Shown here: in pieces, positions 25,900 through 39,767 of the stretch
Layout: every line of letters begins with the position of its first letter
How positions within the stretch are numbered: position 1 is the stretch's first letter
NCBI RefSeq assembly: GCF_009914755.1
Contig: NC_060945.1
Length of the DNA stretch: 64,000 nucleotides
Strand: one strand, 5' to 3'
DNA from: the human T2T-CHM13v2.0 reference genome, Homo sapiens
Position numbers and translations under genes: made by a program
Notes under the pieces: model-generated
What the model was told of the DNA's origin: nothing
Database searches by the model: none
What the model saw: the letters and a program-made list of their open reading frames with translations, nothing else

Positions 25900-27630
25900 T
25901 TTTACTAGAGCTTCCTTTGTGTTCATAGTTCTGCACGCTCCACAAACACTGCTCTTGTCAAGATTATTAATGCGCCTTCATTACCAGATCAACCTGCTGA
26001 TGTCTTTTTCCTTCTTAAAACACTGTTTCTTTTTGGTTTTATGACACCACACTCCGGGCTTTCTTTTATCTCTCAGTATTCTTTGCTAATTGCCTCACTG
26101 TCCTCTCTTCCTCTCACTTGTTCTGCAATCCACCACGCTGCTCTCGTGGCTCCAGCTGTCATTCTTGTGCACTTGAGTCCCAATTCTGGATAAGGGCCTA
26201 CGTCTCTCCTGACTTGCAGACTGGATACTAGATCCCACACAACCCTCTAACTCAATGTTTCTATGGCTGAAGTCATATAGGATAGATATTCCCAAACCTG
26301 CTTTCCTCCTGGTGTTCTGTATCTCAATAACAGCCCACTCTCCGCTCAGTTATCCAAGCCAGAAATTTTGCTGTTATCCTTGCTCTCTCCTTCTTCCTCT
26401 TCTCTCACATCCCATCTGCGAGTAAGTCTTCTTGGTTTTATTTCCTAAATATCTACTAAATCCATCTATGTCATTTCACCTTGACTGCCACCATACTTAT
26501 TCAGGGCACTATAATTTTGGCCTAAATTGTTGTAGAAAATCCCACAACTGATGTCTTTGCTACTGGTTTTTGTCCTTTTCCACCTGTTTCCTTAACATCT
26601 CTTCTGCAATTCCTAAAGCAGCCCTAAAATATGAGCCAAGTCTTGTTATTTCCCTGGATGGAACACTTCCGCAGCTCTCCACTGGGCTCTTTATAACATA
26701 CAAATCCCTTAACATGCCTATGTATTAGCTTTTTAAAAGTATTAAATACTAAAAATATTAAATATCTGTGTGCCAGACATTGTCTAACATAACCACTGAG
26801 TTCCTCCAATGAATGTTTTTGTTTTGTTTTGTTTTGTTTTTTTAGATGGAGTCTCACCCTGTCGATAGGCTGGAGTGCAGTGATGCAATCTCGGCTCACT
26901 GCAACCTCCACCTCCCAGGTTAAAGCTATTCTCCTGCCTCAACCTCCCGAGTAGCTGGGACTACAGGCCATGCCAGCTATTTTTTTGTATTTTTAGTAGA
27001 GACAGGGTTTCACCATGTTAGCCAGGATGGTCTTGATCTCTTGACCTTGTGATCCGCCTGCCTCGGCCTCCCAAAGTGCTGGGATTATAGGCATTGCGCC
27101 TGGCCCCATCCAATAATGGTTTAAATCAAATCGGAGTTACTGCAGTGCCTCTTTGTAGTCTCTGCTTTCCACGTCCTTCCTAGTAAATCCATGCGGACTT
27201 CTCCGGGAAAATCTCTTATTCCACCTCATGTCTGTGCTTCAGCCAGATTAAATCTTTTCTACATGCTCTCTCTTGTGAACATGCTCTTTTTTATGCCTAC
27301 ACCTAATTTCCATCCCACCTCACTGCCTTTTCTTAGCTAATTCTTACTAAAATTTTAGATCATAACTTGCATGTCACTTACTTCCGGAAGCTGGCACTAA
27401 TATGCTACCAATTCCAGCTTGCACATCAATGCTATGCACTTCCCCACCATTCGATATTTGCCACTCAAGGCATTTATGATATTTTATTATAATCACCTGT
27501 CTACCCCAATAGACGGTAAGCTTTCTGAGATCGTTACTTGTTTTGTCCACCTTTGTATCTGTCAAGGCAGTGGCCTGCAGAGAGTAAGTGCCTGGTGATT
27601 ATCCTTTGAATGAGTGAAGGAATGAATGGT
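25900..27630 (+). mobile_element. L2 fragment interrupted by an Alu
   Basis: Pyrimidine-rich L2 body (ccaagccagaaa..., tttcctaaatatct), ending ...ttgaatgagtgaaggaatgaatg. Confidence 0.65.
26815..27105 (-). mobile_element. AluSc with (GTTTT)n tail
   Basis: Sc diagnostic gttagccaggatggtcttgatctcttgacc. Degenerate TSD tccaatgaatg / tccaataatg. Confidence 0.93.
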
Positions 27631-30600
27631 TTTGATGTAGGTTTATGTCTATATAAGGAAGATAAATGAAGAAATTCAGGTTTCAATGCTCTTATGAGGT
27701 AAGAGCGTCTGTTCAGAATGTGAGTTTGGCCACAGGAAAACGTAAACAAATAGAAAGAAACATGGAGTTCTGGAGTAGCCTTAATGATCATCAAGAAGAA
27801 ATAGAATTGTTGAGGTATGTAAGGAAGCCAGAGTAAAATTGGATGGCAAAGACTGAACAATGATTTCTGCACCTTTCTCCAGAGGGAACTGTGCTACAGA
27901 GAAAGAGCTCAGAACTCAGAAGTTGGTTGATAGAAGCCCAAGGCTGAGAATCAATTCAGTGCTTAGAGTGGCATGCACTAGTATGTGTGTGTGTGCCTCT
28001 GTTTGTGTTGGAGATAGAGGTATCTGTGAGGTGGTGTACAGCATAGAAATGATAGTGGTTGTGAAGCCAACATATATATATATAACCAAACCTAAAATTT
28101 GAATGAAAAGAGATCCACTCTGCTGGAATAAATTAGATGATATGTGTGAATGGGAGATTTAGAATGGCTACAGGTTCCACTTCACTTCACTAGTGAAAGG
28201 AAGGTATTGAGAGAAGAGAAGCAGAGCATCAAAGAATTTATCAAATTTAGTATTTACTAATTTATCTCATTGCCTGTAATGACAGAAAACTACTTTTCAC
28301 AAATATAGGTGTTTCTATCCAAGTCAGAACTGGTCAATAAGAAATAGTTGATTCTTCACTGGCAAAATTGTGATCAATAGGATGATTGGAGTTTCTTAAA
28401 AAAAAATGTGAAGTCCCTTTCCATATTTCTTTTCTTGATTTCAATCAGTGTAGAAAACAAACACTGGAAGACTCATTTCCCCAGGGCAACTAATTTATCC
28501 ATTTAATGCACTCATTTTGGGATGAATCAATAAACTCTCCAAGTATTTATTGATCCCCTATTTTTGGCACAAGATGATGCTAAGTACTGAGAGTAAACAA
28601 GAAAAATATAAAGCATGATCTCTACCCTCTCAATCTGCAGTGTGCTCCTGTGTCAGTTAATCTGCCCTGATTTCATTGTCATTTCACTTTTGTATACTAG
28701 GAACAGTGTTGTGATGGTGTTAGTCGTTAACGGTATTAGTGACAAAGACTTTTACTGATAATTTCTTGCTATTTAGCTGGTCTTCCATAATTCTTTTTAG
28801 AGTCATCCATAACTACTGGCTCTTTTATGTAATCAACTGTCTTTTCATTTTTTTAAATAAAATGCTAATTTGATAGCATGTTGTAGGTGATAGTAAGCTT
28901 CTTGTGAATTTTAACATCAATATTCCCTATGCTATTCCGTAAAATGTGCTGTTTCTTACTTAAAGAAAGACCTGAATTATAGTGTTTTCTGAATTTGCAT
29001 TGTGATGTATTATAGCTTTGGTTTTATTAATATTCCAAGTAATAAAACCTCTTTAGTCTAATTAACCTTTTGTTCCTTCTGAAAGTTCTACAATTACATT
29101 ATCATTATTTATCATTAATTTGTACAATTATTCATTAAATCATTTATTTATCTTCCTTCTTAAATATAGCCATTATGTTTATGATTTAGAAATATTTTCC
29201 AAGTCTTACTTGGATTTTCCTATTTATATGTAGCTAAGCTTTATTGAATGAATTTTAATGACTTTTTCTGGAATTTCATAATTTAAACATGAAAGCTACA
29301 GAGCCATGATGCTACCTTTCACTTATGAGCTGAGATTTTGTCTAAATTTAGACTGAGAAGTGCAACTTCTATAACCACTATTGATGTTTATGTGGAAATA
29401 TTTTATTTAAGCCGTGAATCAATGTCACAAACCAAAGAAGATAAATGGCAGATACATTTGTTGCAAGACACCATCAGTGAATCTCATAGCCAGTGATGTG
29501 GTTAATTCATGAAAGAATGAAAATAAGACAAAGTAAGAACACCTATTATTTCTGCATTGATAACATCTTGCACTTTTATTCTAACAGATAATGCTCTGCC
29601 CATCTTTTCTCATAGTCAAAATATTGTCTGTAGGAATGCCTCTTTCTGGATTAAAGCAGTAGGCGCTTCTAGAAATCTTTTGAAACACTGGAGTGACTGG
29701 TCTAAAAAGCCAAGGCTATACTGCCTGAAAGCTATTTACAAGTGGGATAGTTACCCATTTGTGCAGAAATGGTTATATGAACCTTTATTAAGGTTAGTGG
29801 ACTCTGAAAAATCTTCTGGGTTTAAGTTTCTATTATTTGTCTAATATTTTCTTTGACATTTCGAAGAATTCTAACAATAAAAATTCTTAGATTCAAGCCT
29901 TATGTCTTCCCTTTCCATGGACATTCTGCTTTGATGGCTAAGTAAAAGAGACAAATCCCTATGGCTGTTGATGAGCAGTGCAGTAGAAAAATGATTTCTA
30001 ATCCCACTCAAAATTTTGCAAAATGCAAACTGATAAACATATGATCACTTCAGGAGCATTCAAAATGGCCACAATCACAGGCACGTTCTCTGCAGGACCT
30101 GCCTACTTTTACAATCTGAAGCTATGCAGTCATATAATTGGAAGCATTCCCACCAGTCCCTTTTGAGGCAGGGAACTTAGGCTGAATATTTAATACGAGT
30201 ATCCATAGAGCTATAGTGAAGAATGTGGACATGAAGATAAATAATGGGAACTCTTATAAAATCTGGGCCATACATATATTTTTATATTGTGCAGTAGTAC
30301 ATAGTAGTACATACGTACTTACATCTGCTATGCTTTGTTACTTTTCCTCACTTTACTCTTTTCCCCTTGTGCATAGTACTGAGTTAATATTCAGTATGCA
30401 CAGCTACATAATTATAAATGCTAAGCAAAGTTTCTAGATTTATATGCTCTGCGAACAGAGCAGCATAACAAATTAAAGATTATAAATCAATTTAGCTATC
30501 CCAAGTTGGAAACTTTTAAAAATGTGTTTATTTTTTAATCGTTTTTTTCTCTCCAAACATTTGAATACTTTGCCTTTGATATATGTTTTGTTGTGGTGGT

Positions 30601-31365
30601 TGTTTCCCCAGGAAATATATGGAGGTATTCACAGGAAGTCAACATTTATTTGGGATCCAATTGTTTTAGTATTATTTTTTTCCTTAGGGCACTGCCTGGA
30701 AATTCAGTATAAATGTTTTTTAATGCACAAACATTGCTTATCAACCTGTCAATCAAGGAATCTTTGAATAGAAGAATAATGCTAATTTAATTATCATTTG
30801 TACATATTAAAATTTTGTGTAATTTTACCTTCCTGTAACACAAAGGACAGAAATTAAGAACCCAAACCCATGTCTAAAATATGAAACTTGAAATCTTAAT
30901 GTAATTATCTATGATGCAAACTTATAGAAGAATTTCTAATTGTCAAAAGATGTAGAAATCTATTTTAAAAAATAGATTCCTGCTAATTGACACAGTACTT
31001 AGAAGAAAAATATATATATTCAAAAATACGTATTGCTAATACATATTCTAATTGCCATAGTCCTTAGTAGAAAAAATATATGTTGAAATATAATTTTTAA
31101 AGTGCCAGGAATAGCCTTTTAAACACATTTTGGCAAGTTTATGTAAACCTCTTAAGTTAGATCACTTTAAATATTTCTCATTTTCAGAAATAAATTCTGA
31201 ACCCTAACCACATAGATAAATTTTCTAATTAGAATTTGTGGTTTGTGGATATGGAGCAAACCATTTCATGTGTCAAAATAGCCGATTTTAGTCTCACACA
31301 ATAAAGACAGATAATTTGTCCTATATTTAGGTTACATAATTTTGCCATGGATATTAAACTCTTTT

Positions 31366-31713
31366 TATGTTTTTTTATTTTTAATTTTTGTGGGTACATA
31401 GTAGGTGTATATATTTATGGGGTACATGAGATGTTTTGATACAGACATGCAATGTGAAATAAGCACATCATGGAGAATGGGGTATCCATGCCCTCAAGCA
31501 TTTATCCTTTCAGTTACAAACAATTCAATTACACTCTAAGTTATTTTAAAATGTACAATTAATATTAACTATAGTCATCTTGTTGTGCTATCAAATGAAA
31601 GGACTTATTCATTTCTCCTATTTTTTTGTACACATTTACCATCCCTACCTCCCCTCCAGCCTCCCACTACCCTTCTCAGCCTCTGGTAACCATTCTTCTA
31701 CCCTCTATGTCCA
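31366..31713 (-). mobile_element. L1MA1/2-type 3' end
   Basis: tttttgtgggtacatagtaggtgtatatatttatggggtacatgag. Perfect 15-bp TSD ATATTAAACTCTTTT at 31351-31365 and 31714-31728, at a TTTT/AA site. Confidence 0.93.
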
Positions 31714-32200
31714 ATATTAAACTCTTTTAAAGTTCAATTTTTCAAATTATTAGCTCTCAAAAAATCAGTTTGTTGGGAAACAGATTTAAAATTCAGGTGT
31801 GGACTAGAATATTACAGAATAAAATACAGACTACATTGCAAGGAGTAATATTAGTAAGTGTGTTTTTTGAAACTTTTAGTTGGACTGTGTATGTATGTAG
31901 GTTCTATTTGCAATATAATATATATAGGTAAAATATATACATATAAGTATTCATTTTTAACTGTGAATAAAAGTGATTGACTGCAATTATTCTAAAGTTC
32001 TATCTTTTTAGTATCAATAGCCAACTATAATAGTTGCATATTATTATTAGTTGTACTAATTTAAGTGAACCATTATTTACTGAATAATAACTGTGCACCA
32101 AGTAATGTGTGATGCCCACATTTTTATCTATTACTAGTCCTTATAATTCTGTGAGATGATAGTTAAAATTTTCCTTGTTAAAAATTAAGAAAATAAAACA

Positions 32201-32505
32201 GGCCAGGCTTGGTGGCTTACACTTGTTATCCCAGGACTTTGGGAGGCTGAGGCGGGCAGATCACGAGATCAGGAGTTCGAGACCAGCCTGGCCAACACGG
32301 TGAAACTCCATCTCTATTAAAATTACTAAAATTAGCTGGGCATGGTTGAGGGTGCCTGTAATCCCAGCTACTCAGGAAGCTGAGGCAGGAGAATCGCTTG
32401 AATCCAGGAAGCAAAGTTGCAGTGAGTCGAGATGGTGCCACTGCACTCCAGCCTGGGTGACAGAGCTGGACTCCCATCAAAAAAAAAAGAAAAAGAAAAG
32501 AAAAC
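32201..32505 (+). mobile_element. AluSg-like, probably inserted in a MIR remnant
   Basis: Full Alu with A-tail and TSD core ataaaaca. Confidence 0.93.
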
Positions 32506-34076
32506 ATAAAACACAACTGATTAGAACTTGAAAGGTTGCAACGAACACACTGATATAAGATTTTTTTATACTTGAATTTTTCAGGTCTTTAAAAGATATT
32601 ATTTCAAATAACTGACTTCAGTGATTGAGTTCTGGAAATTTTGAGTTAAACCTAGTGTTTTTTATGCAGTAATTATTTGGAAATTTAATATGCTAATTGG
32701 TATGTTGAATCATCAAATAAAAAGAGATGAATACACTATGAATTTCTGAAACTTATTTCACCTTAGAACCATTTAAAAATATTATGTCTTCAGACTATGT
32801 TTACTGGAACACACCCTGAGAAATGCTTAATTTAATCATGTCAATACATGTAACTCAAAAGAGACAAGGCCTTATAAAGCAAATGTGTATAATGTAATAA
32901 TATTTGATAGTGTTTCCTTGAAATCAGACTAAACTCTAATTTTTCTATTAGCAAGACTTTAAAAATAAAAGTTTTTAATATCTTCAAGTTCAAGATTCAA
33001 TTTAAATGATATACTCTGGCCCATTTTCCTAGGGAACACACTTCAGTAAATTTAGAAATAGTAAATGCATAATGTTTACTTTCCCTTCACAAAAATTGCA
33101 ATGTAAATTTATCATTACCATTTATGTTTTTAAAATAGTTTGCAGTGGACAATTATCAGACATTGCCAGCAACCTATGTTTCTTCAAGTCACTTCATGTT
33201 GAAGTTACTCCTTCAGTACACAAGTACATAAACCATTACTATTTATTTTGTTCCATCTCCTTTCACAGATTTTAGGAATAGGAAAGAATTTCAAATCTGT
33301 TTAAGCTAATGTATGGATTTCCTAAGTGAGCTGAACGCAGTGGTCCTTTTGCCTACCACTTTACTTCAAACATTATAGCCTCTTTTCCTCCCACTGATGG
33401 TTTACAATACACAAGAAATCGTGAGAAAAATTAAAAATTAAAAAAAAAAACGGAAAGAAAAAACAAAGAAAACCAAATAAAATACACTAGAAAGCACCAT
33501 CACAAGAGGTTCTGCTTTAATGGTTTGCAGTGTAGCCTTTAAATCTATTTTTTTTTTTAAGAAATGTCCTGTGTGTGCCATAAATGGAGGACCACAGAAG
33601 GGTTTCTAATTTCTGCCGTGGACTAGCGAGGATTGACTCACTGACTAGGCTACTGAGATTCATATTCTTTGCTCCTATCAGCTTTTCTAAGTCTTGTGCG
33701 TTGGGCCCTTTCTTATCTGCTCAAGGTTCCAATGCACTTCCCACCAAGCTTCCATGTGAGCCAGCTTTATCTTCAGTCTCATTTTTCTGTAGAGTTACCA
33801 AAGCTGTCTATATCTGCAGACATATTTAGTCGGGTGGCCTTCTGTTTTCCAGTGTTCCTTCCTAATAAATCTCTCTGCCTAAAGAACTGGCATGACTACA
33901 GGGGGACATAAGGAGATGAGGGTCTCTCATTGTGAACTACTTGTTCTTGTTCCCATGGTAGGAAAACCCTTTTCTTCAGTCAGAGATCAGGAGGCTTCAC
34001 TATCCCTTTCTTGAAGTGTTTTCACTCCTTTACGGCCCACCCTCCTGGGAGGGCCTGGGAGACACGAATGGCTCAC

Positions 34077-34136
34077 CTGTTAGAACTTCCTGGACATGCC
34101 TGCTTCTGTAATTTGCACAGAGATTAGTATGCAGCA
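34077..34136 (-). other. Candidate 60-bp exon
   Basis: Minus strand: ctatttttctagtatttcAG|TGCTGC...CTAACAG|GTGAGC. Confidence 0.25.
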
Positions 34137-34189
34137 CTGAAATACTAGAAAAATAGTGTCTGTTATAAATGCAACTATTGCTTCTATTC

Positions 34190-34530
34190 TCTTTACCACC
34201 ACAGCGACACTGGTAAGCACTTTACATAATTATTACATTTAAGCCTAAACACATACTTTTAAAATTGGCATGTGCATTCTCCTTTTTTAATGAGCCAAAT
34301 GAGTGACAGAGGGGTTAAATCATTTTCTTGGAGTAACTCCAGCAAAATTTGAACCTGAAGCAATGTGATTCTCTGGCAAGGTTAGCCTTGGTATAGAATG
34401 AAGCTCATTTGGTCACTATGAATTGATACTTAGGACAGGGCTCAAACCACATGAGCTAGCCTTATCTGTCTCTTCATTTTACAAGAACAGAATTTTAATG
34501 TCTACTTACCAAGGTTGCAGGGTTTGTCTC
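34190..34530. mobile_element. Two MIR fragments in opposite orientation
   Basis: taagcactttacat...cagaggggttaaatcatttt (-), and cttggacagg...tcttcattttacaa (+). Confidence 0.5.
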
Positions 34531-35449
34531 TATATATTACACAACAAATTTAAATAGAACCTTTTTCTGCAATGGCAGGTTGTGGACCTGCTCAGAGAAC
34601 AGAATGCCCTCTTGAGGATGGGGAGCAGGGCAAGACTGGCCTGCACAAGTCTAACTGACTAATAATTCATGTTGGGAGTATCAGCAAAGGTGGAGGAAGC
34701 TAAACACAGATCTGAGGGAGAAGGAATTATGGGAGGGTTTGGCATTTTGTGGAGGGATTTAATTCTTATATGAGTCACTGAGTAAAACACAGAGAGGGAG
34801 AGGCTAACTAAAGAGGAAGGGAAATGAATCAATTTGGTGGTGCAGAGAAAAGAATTAGAAGATAAACATGGAAAATCAGAAGGAGAAACAGTAGATGGAA
34901 TTAGATAATCTTTTGATAAGTCCTTGGATTTTTTTTCTAAAATTCTGGAATTCACTTACATTTACAAATATTTCAAATTAATCAAAATAACCATTCTACT
35001 ATTGTCAATGACAGAGAGGCAACACATTTACCCAGCATATATTTTCTGGACACGTATTGAACCACGTGCTAGATCAAACTACACAGGAAAAAAAATCACC
35101 TCAGTTTGCTTAAAGTAAGGAAAAGAGAGAACCCATATACAAACATGTACTCACCATATAACTCTGAGGCAACAAGCAATTTATTTGTCATTGACACTAA
35201 ATGAACTACTATATAAAAAAAATACCCTGACAGGAACTGGCTTGAGAATAACAAACCACATTCTCTGAAAATGCAGTCTACAAACAACTTAGTTTAGTTG
35301 AACTAATTGAAGACGACTAACGGTGTAGTTGCTCTTTATCTTCAAATGAGAATTATGTTTGAGGCCAATGAATATCATGATTTAACCATAAAAATATTAG
35401 CTAGAATTTTTATTAAATGGAAACCCATACCATAAAAACACTCATGAAA

Positions 35450-35860
35450 AATCTGAAATGGTTCTATTAATATCCAGCAAAGTGAACTTAAAGACAAAGT
35501 ATTACCAGAAATAAGAGGCATTTTATAATGCTAAAATGGTCAGTTCATCAAGAAGACATGGCTGTCCTAAATGTGTTGGTACCTTTTAATAGAGTATCAA
35601 AATAAATGAAGCAACAACTAACAGAAATACTTTTGATATAAACAAATCCACAAATAAAGTTAGAGATTTTAGCACTCCCCTCTCAGTAATTGATAGGACA
35701 ATACACTAAAAATTGGTGTGGATATAGATACAGATAATATTACCTACCAACTCAGTCTGCTTGAATAATCTTCCTCCTATGTGACAATAAATACAACAAA
35801 TCCAAAATGCACAACCTTCTGAAGAGCACGTGTGCACATCCACCAAGACATATCACATGG
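35450..35860 (+). mobile_element. Old L1M ORF2 (endonuclease region) fragment
   Basis: gaggcattttataatgctaaaatggtcagttcatcaagaagacat corresponds to the GHFIMIKGSIHQEDI motif. Confidence 0.75.
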
Positions 35861-36008
35861 CGGGTGTAAGGCAGTGTGGCAAAATTCCTCATCACCTGTC
35901 CTTGCTCCTTGTGAATTCACCTTGTGAATGTCTCAGGTTGCAAGTGTCCTCCACTGTCAAGCTGTCCACATGCGGAACAATGAGAAGGAGAATGGCATGC
36001 AGGGCTAA

Positions 36009-36404
<396 letters not shown>

Positions 36405-36830
36405 TAGTGATTTTCCACCATGATTCCTTTCTTCCTGAATGTCTACTCTTTCCTTTATGACCAAATTTAAGTTTCAGTTTACTTTCCACAATGTCTACAA
36501 TCCACTCTTCTCTCTACTTTGAACATCGTAAGCATATACTACATATTATTGTTTAACTCTTTCCTGCATTTATGCTTTATCTCCTCCACTGAATTAAAAT
36601 TTTTGTGAGAGCAGATGTCACACTTTGCATTTCTTTGGAAATACTGCCTAACTAATTGCTCAATAATTGCTTGTTAAATTAACATGGCAAGTAAAGGTTG
36701 AAAGCTACCTTTTGAAGTTTTATAGCTTCAACTTACTTTTGGAGACATATTTTTAAGGTGTCTTACACATGGCCTACATATTTTACAAAGACACATGTGC
36801 TGCTAAAAGATGAATTGAGCTACTATTTTA

Positions 36831-37203
<373 letters not shown>

Positions 37204-37255
37204 TCAGAGAGATAAGAATTTTAAAATACTCCCAAGGTAAACAGTACTTTGAAAT

Positions 37256-38001
37256 TGAGACGGGAGAGTTCCTTTGACACCTTCGCAGGACTTGCGACAG
37301 GGGTGCAGCTCGCTTACTCTGCCACCACCACGCTCAAACCCCTTGCAGGAAGGGGAGCACACAGGCGAGCGGGTGCCGGGTCCGGGGCGAGCACTTCTGG
37401 GCTCCGGCCCCCTGATAACGTCTAGGCGAGTGTCACAATTAATGTTCTTTTAGCAGTTGCCATCCGTGGACAGCTAAGGGTTCATCAGCTCAGTGGAGAT
37501 TCGGGGTGACAGCCTTTTAAACTCTGCCCTCGTGGTACCCGGGTTCTTGTCCGACATCCAGGAAGATTCAGGTCACATGGACTTAAAGGATGGTGAATGC
37601 GGATATTTTATTAAGAGGTGGAAGTGGCTGTCAGTGGAAGGGAAGATGACGAGCGGATGGTGCGGGAAGAAGGTGATCTTTCCCCGAAGCCTGGCCGTCT
37701 GCGCTGGGCTTCTTTCCGAAGTCGTGTCATCGGAAGTTAAGCCGCATCTATCTGTAGTCTCCGATGCTCAGTTGCTTCTTCTCTTCTCGACATTCAGCTG
37801 CTTGTCTCTTTGCCAGCTGAGGTCTGGGGTTTATATGGGTACAGGACAGGTGGGCAGGGTGAGCCAAAAAAGTAACATTTAGGCGGGAAAACAGGGATAA
37901 CTGTTCTCATTTAGGACCTCGGGTCCAGGCTTGAGGGTGGAGCCCTCGCCAGGGACGCCGCCCTCTTCTACCCAGTATTTTCCTGCCTCCTGTCTGTATC
38001 A
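37256..38001 (-). mobile_element. ERV1 solo LTR (LTR1/LTR27/LTR28, HUERS-P2 group), CpG-rich
   Basis: TG...CA termini and 4-bp TSD AAAT (37252-37255 / 38002-38005). Minus strand starts tgatacagacaggaggcaggaaaatactgggtagaagagggcgg. TATAAA at 37835-37830 and AATAAA at 37612-37607. Confidence 0.9.
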
Positions 38002-38189
38002 AAATGATGCTTCGAATTTAGTTTTAAAATTGGCATTATCATATCTTAAATTAAAAGTTTATCGATATGGGTCACCAACACATGTTTTTTAGGATTATGT
38101 TTCTAGGTGGCTTCCACTCAGTGCCTGCAGAAAAAAACAAAACAAAATAAAAAAAAAACCCAAAAAACAAAAACACTTGACTAGGAGTC

Positions 38190-38480
38190 TAGGTTTTCAG
38201 TTTTAATATCAAGTCAGTGAATAAAAAATTGTGAGCATTATGTCATCATATTGCTCTGAGATTTTTCTTATTCACCTATAAAATGAGACATTATATTTAT
38301 ATCACTTAAGGTACCTTATAAGTCTAAAGTTCCATCTTAGTTTACATAAGAGCTTCACACTTAAAGTGTCATAGACCAATAGCAATGGTGTCACCTGGGA
38401 GCTTCTTGGAAACACAGAATCTCATGTCAGACCTTAGCTCAGATCTCATCTGTACATTAAAATTAGAAAAGCACTGTTGT
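38190..38480. mobile_element. MIR fragment followed by a MER5B-like fragment
   Basis: ttcacctataaaatgag...aaggtacctt; tcacctgggagcttcttggaaacacagaatctc...gaaaagcactg. Confidence 0.55.
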
Positions 38481-39767
38481 AGAGTGTATATGTTAAATTG
38501 CATCACATAACCATAAATTGGATGCATACTTTTTTTATAATAACAGAGTTGGTCATTAATGTGACCTATTATTATTATTTGCCCAGAAAGCTATATATTA
38601 GCAGTCTATTATTTACTGAGTATATAATTCTCATCTTGAATTTTCCCCTCTCCTCTTATACATGGGAGGTATGGCATTTTGGTCCTCCTATTTTCTATCT
38701 GTATTTGCCTGCTTCAGACCTAGGGATTTTGGGGGAAATTTTACACAATAGGACAAAAGCAGTACATGGACACTATTGTCTTTTATGGTTTCATCCCAGG
38801 ACTGTAGTCTCTATCTCTTCTGCACATTCTAAGTGAATAATAGACTAAACTATACTGACATTTCTTTCTGAAATGAACAAAATATTTGGTTTAATTAGTT
38901 TTTCCTGTTGCATTGCTTGACATTAGCTATAATTAATGTGTTAAATGGTACATAAGTTTTCAGAGTTTCTTAATAGACAACAATCTTGGAACTCACCATT
39001 TTTCTTTTCTTCTAGGACAGATGGCTGTGTTAGTTACTTAATGTCATTGGTGATTTTCACTATGTTATGTTAATTCTCTCCTTGTATGGCATTACTCTGT
39101 CTTGCCAATTTCTAAAAAATGTGACTATATGATATTTAAAAAGTAAAATATTCAATCAAATGTTCCCTGATTTTTCTGTTAAAATTAATTATTTTAAATG
39201 AACTACTCATTTCATTGAGTGAAACAGTAAACTGATTGATGGAGTGATTTGACATTATATTAACACAGGCTTGTTAATTTCTCCTTTACCATTCTCACAA
39301 ACTAAACTGAGAAAAGTATACTTCAGCCTGCCTCTATTTCTGTGTTAAAAATCTTCATCAATCTTAAGTAATTGACATCTTCATTATTCTTCAATTATAC
39401 CACTTTGTTCCTGTATATCCAAGTGAGTTTATTTTATCACATTTCTTTCCACTGCTAAGATCTTCCTTTTTCAACAAGTCCCTACTTCCGTCAGTTCAAG
39501 TGCAAGTGAATCTATAACAAGGCACATTATTGTGTCATAGAAAGCTGTAAACATCTTAGTTTAGAAAGCAGAAATATTGATTTAGAATTACTGTTCAGTA
39601 TGCCTTCTCATGAAAATCAAAGGGCTAAAGAAAGTCAATAGGCTACTGTCTTCAAATCATCCACATATATTGCATATTTCTGGATTCAACATGCTTTTTT
39701 TTCCTCCTTGAAAGTAAGTTGTAGTGTTCCCTTTCTATCAGGTACAGAAGGCCAAAGCCTCATTTCT

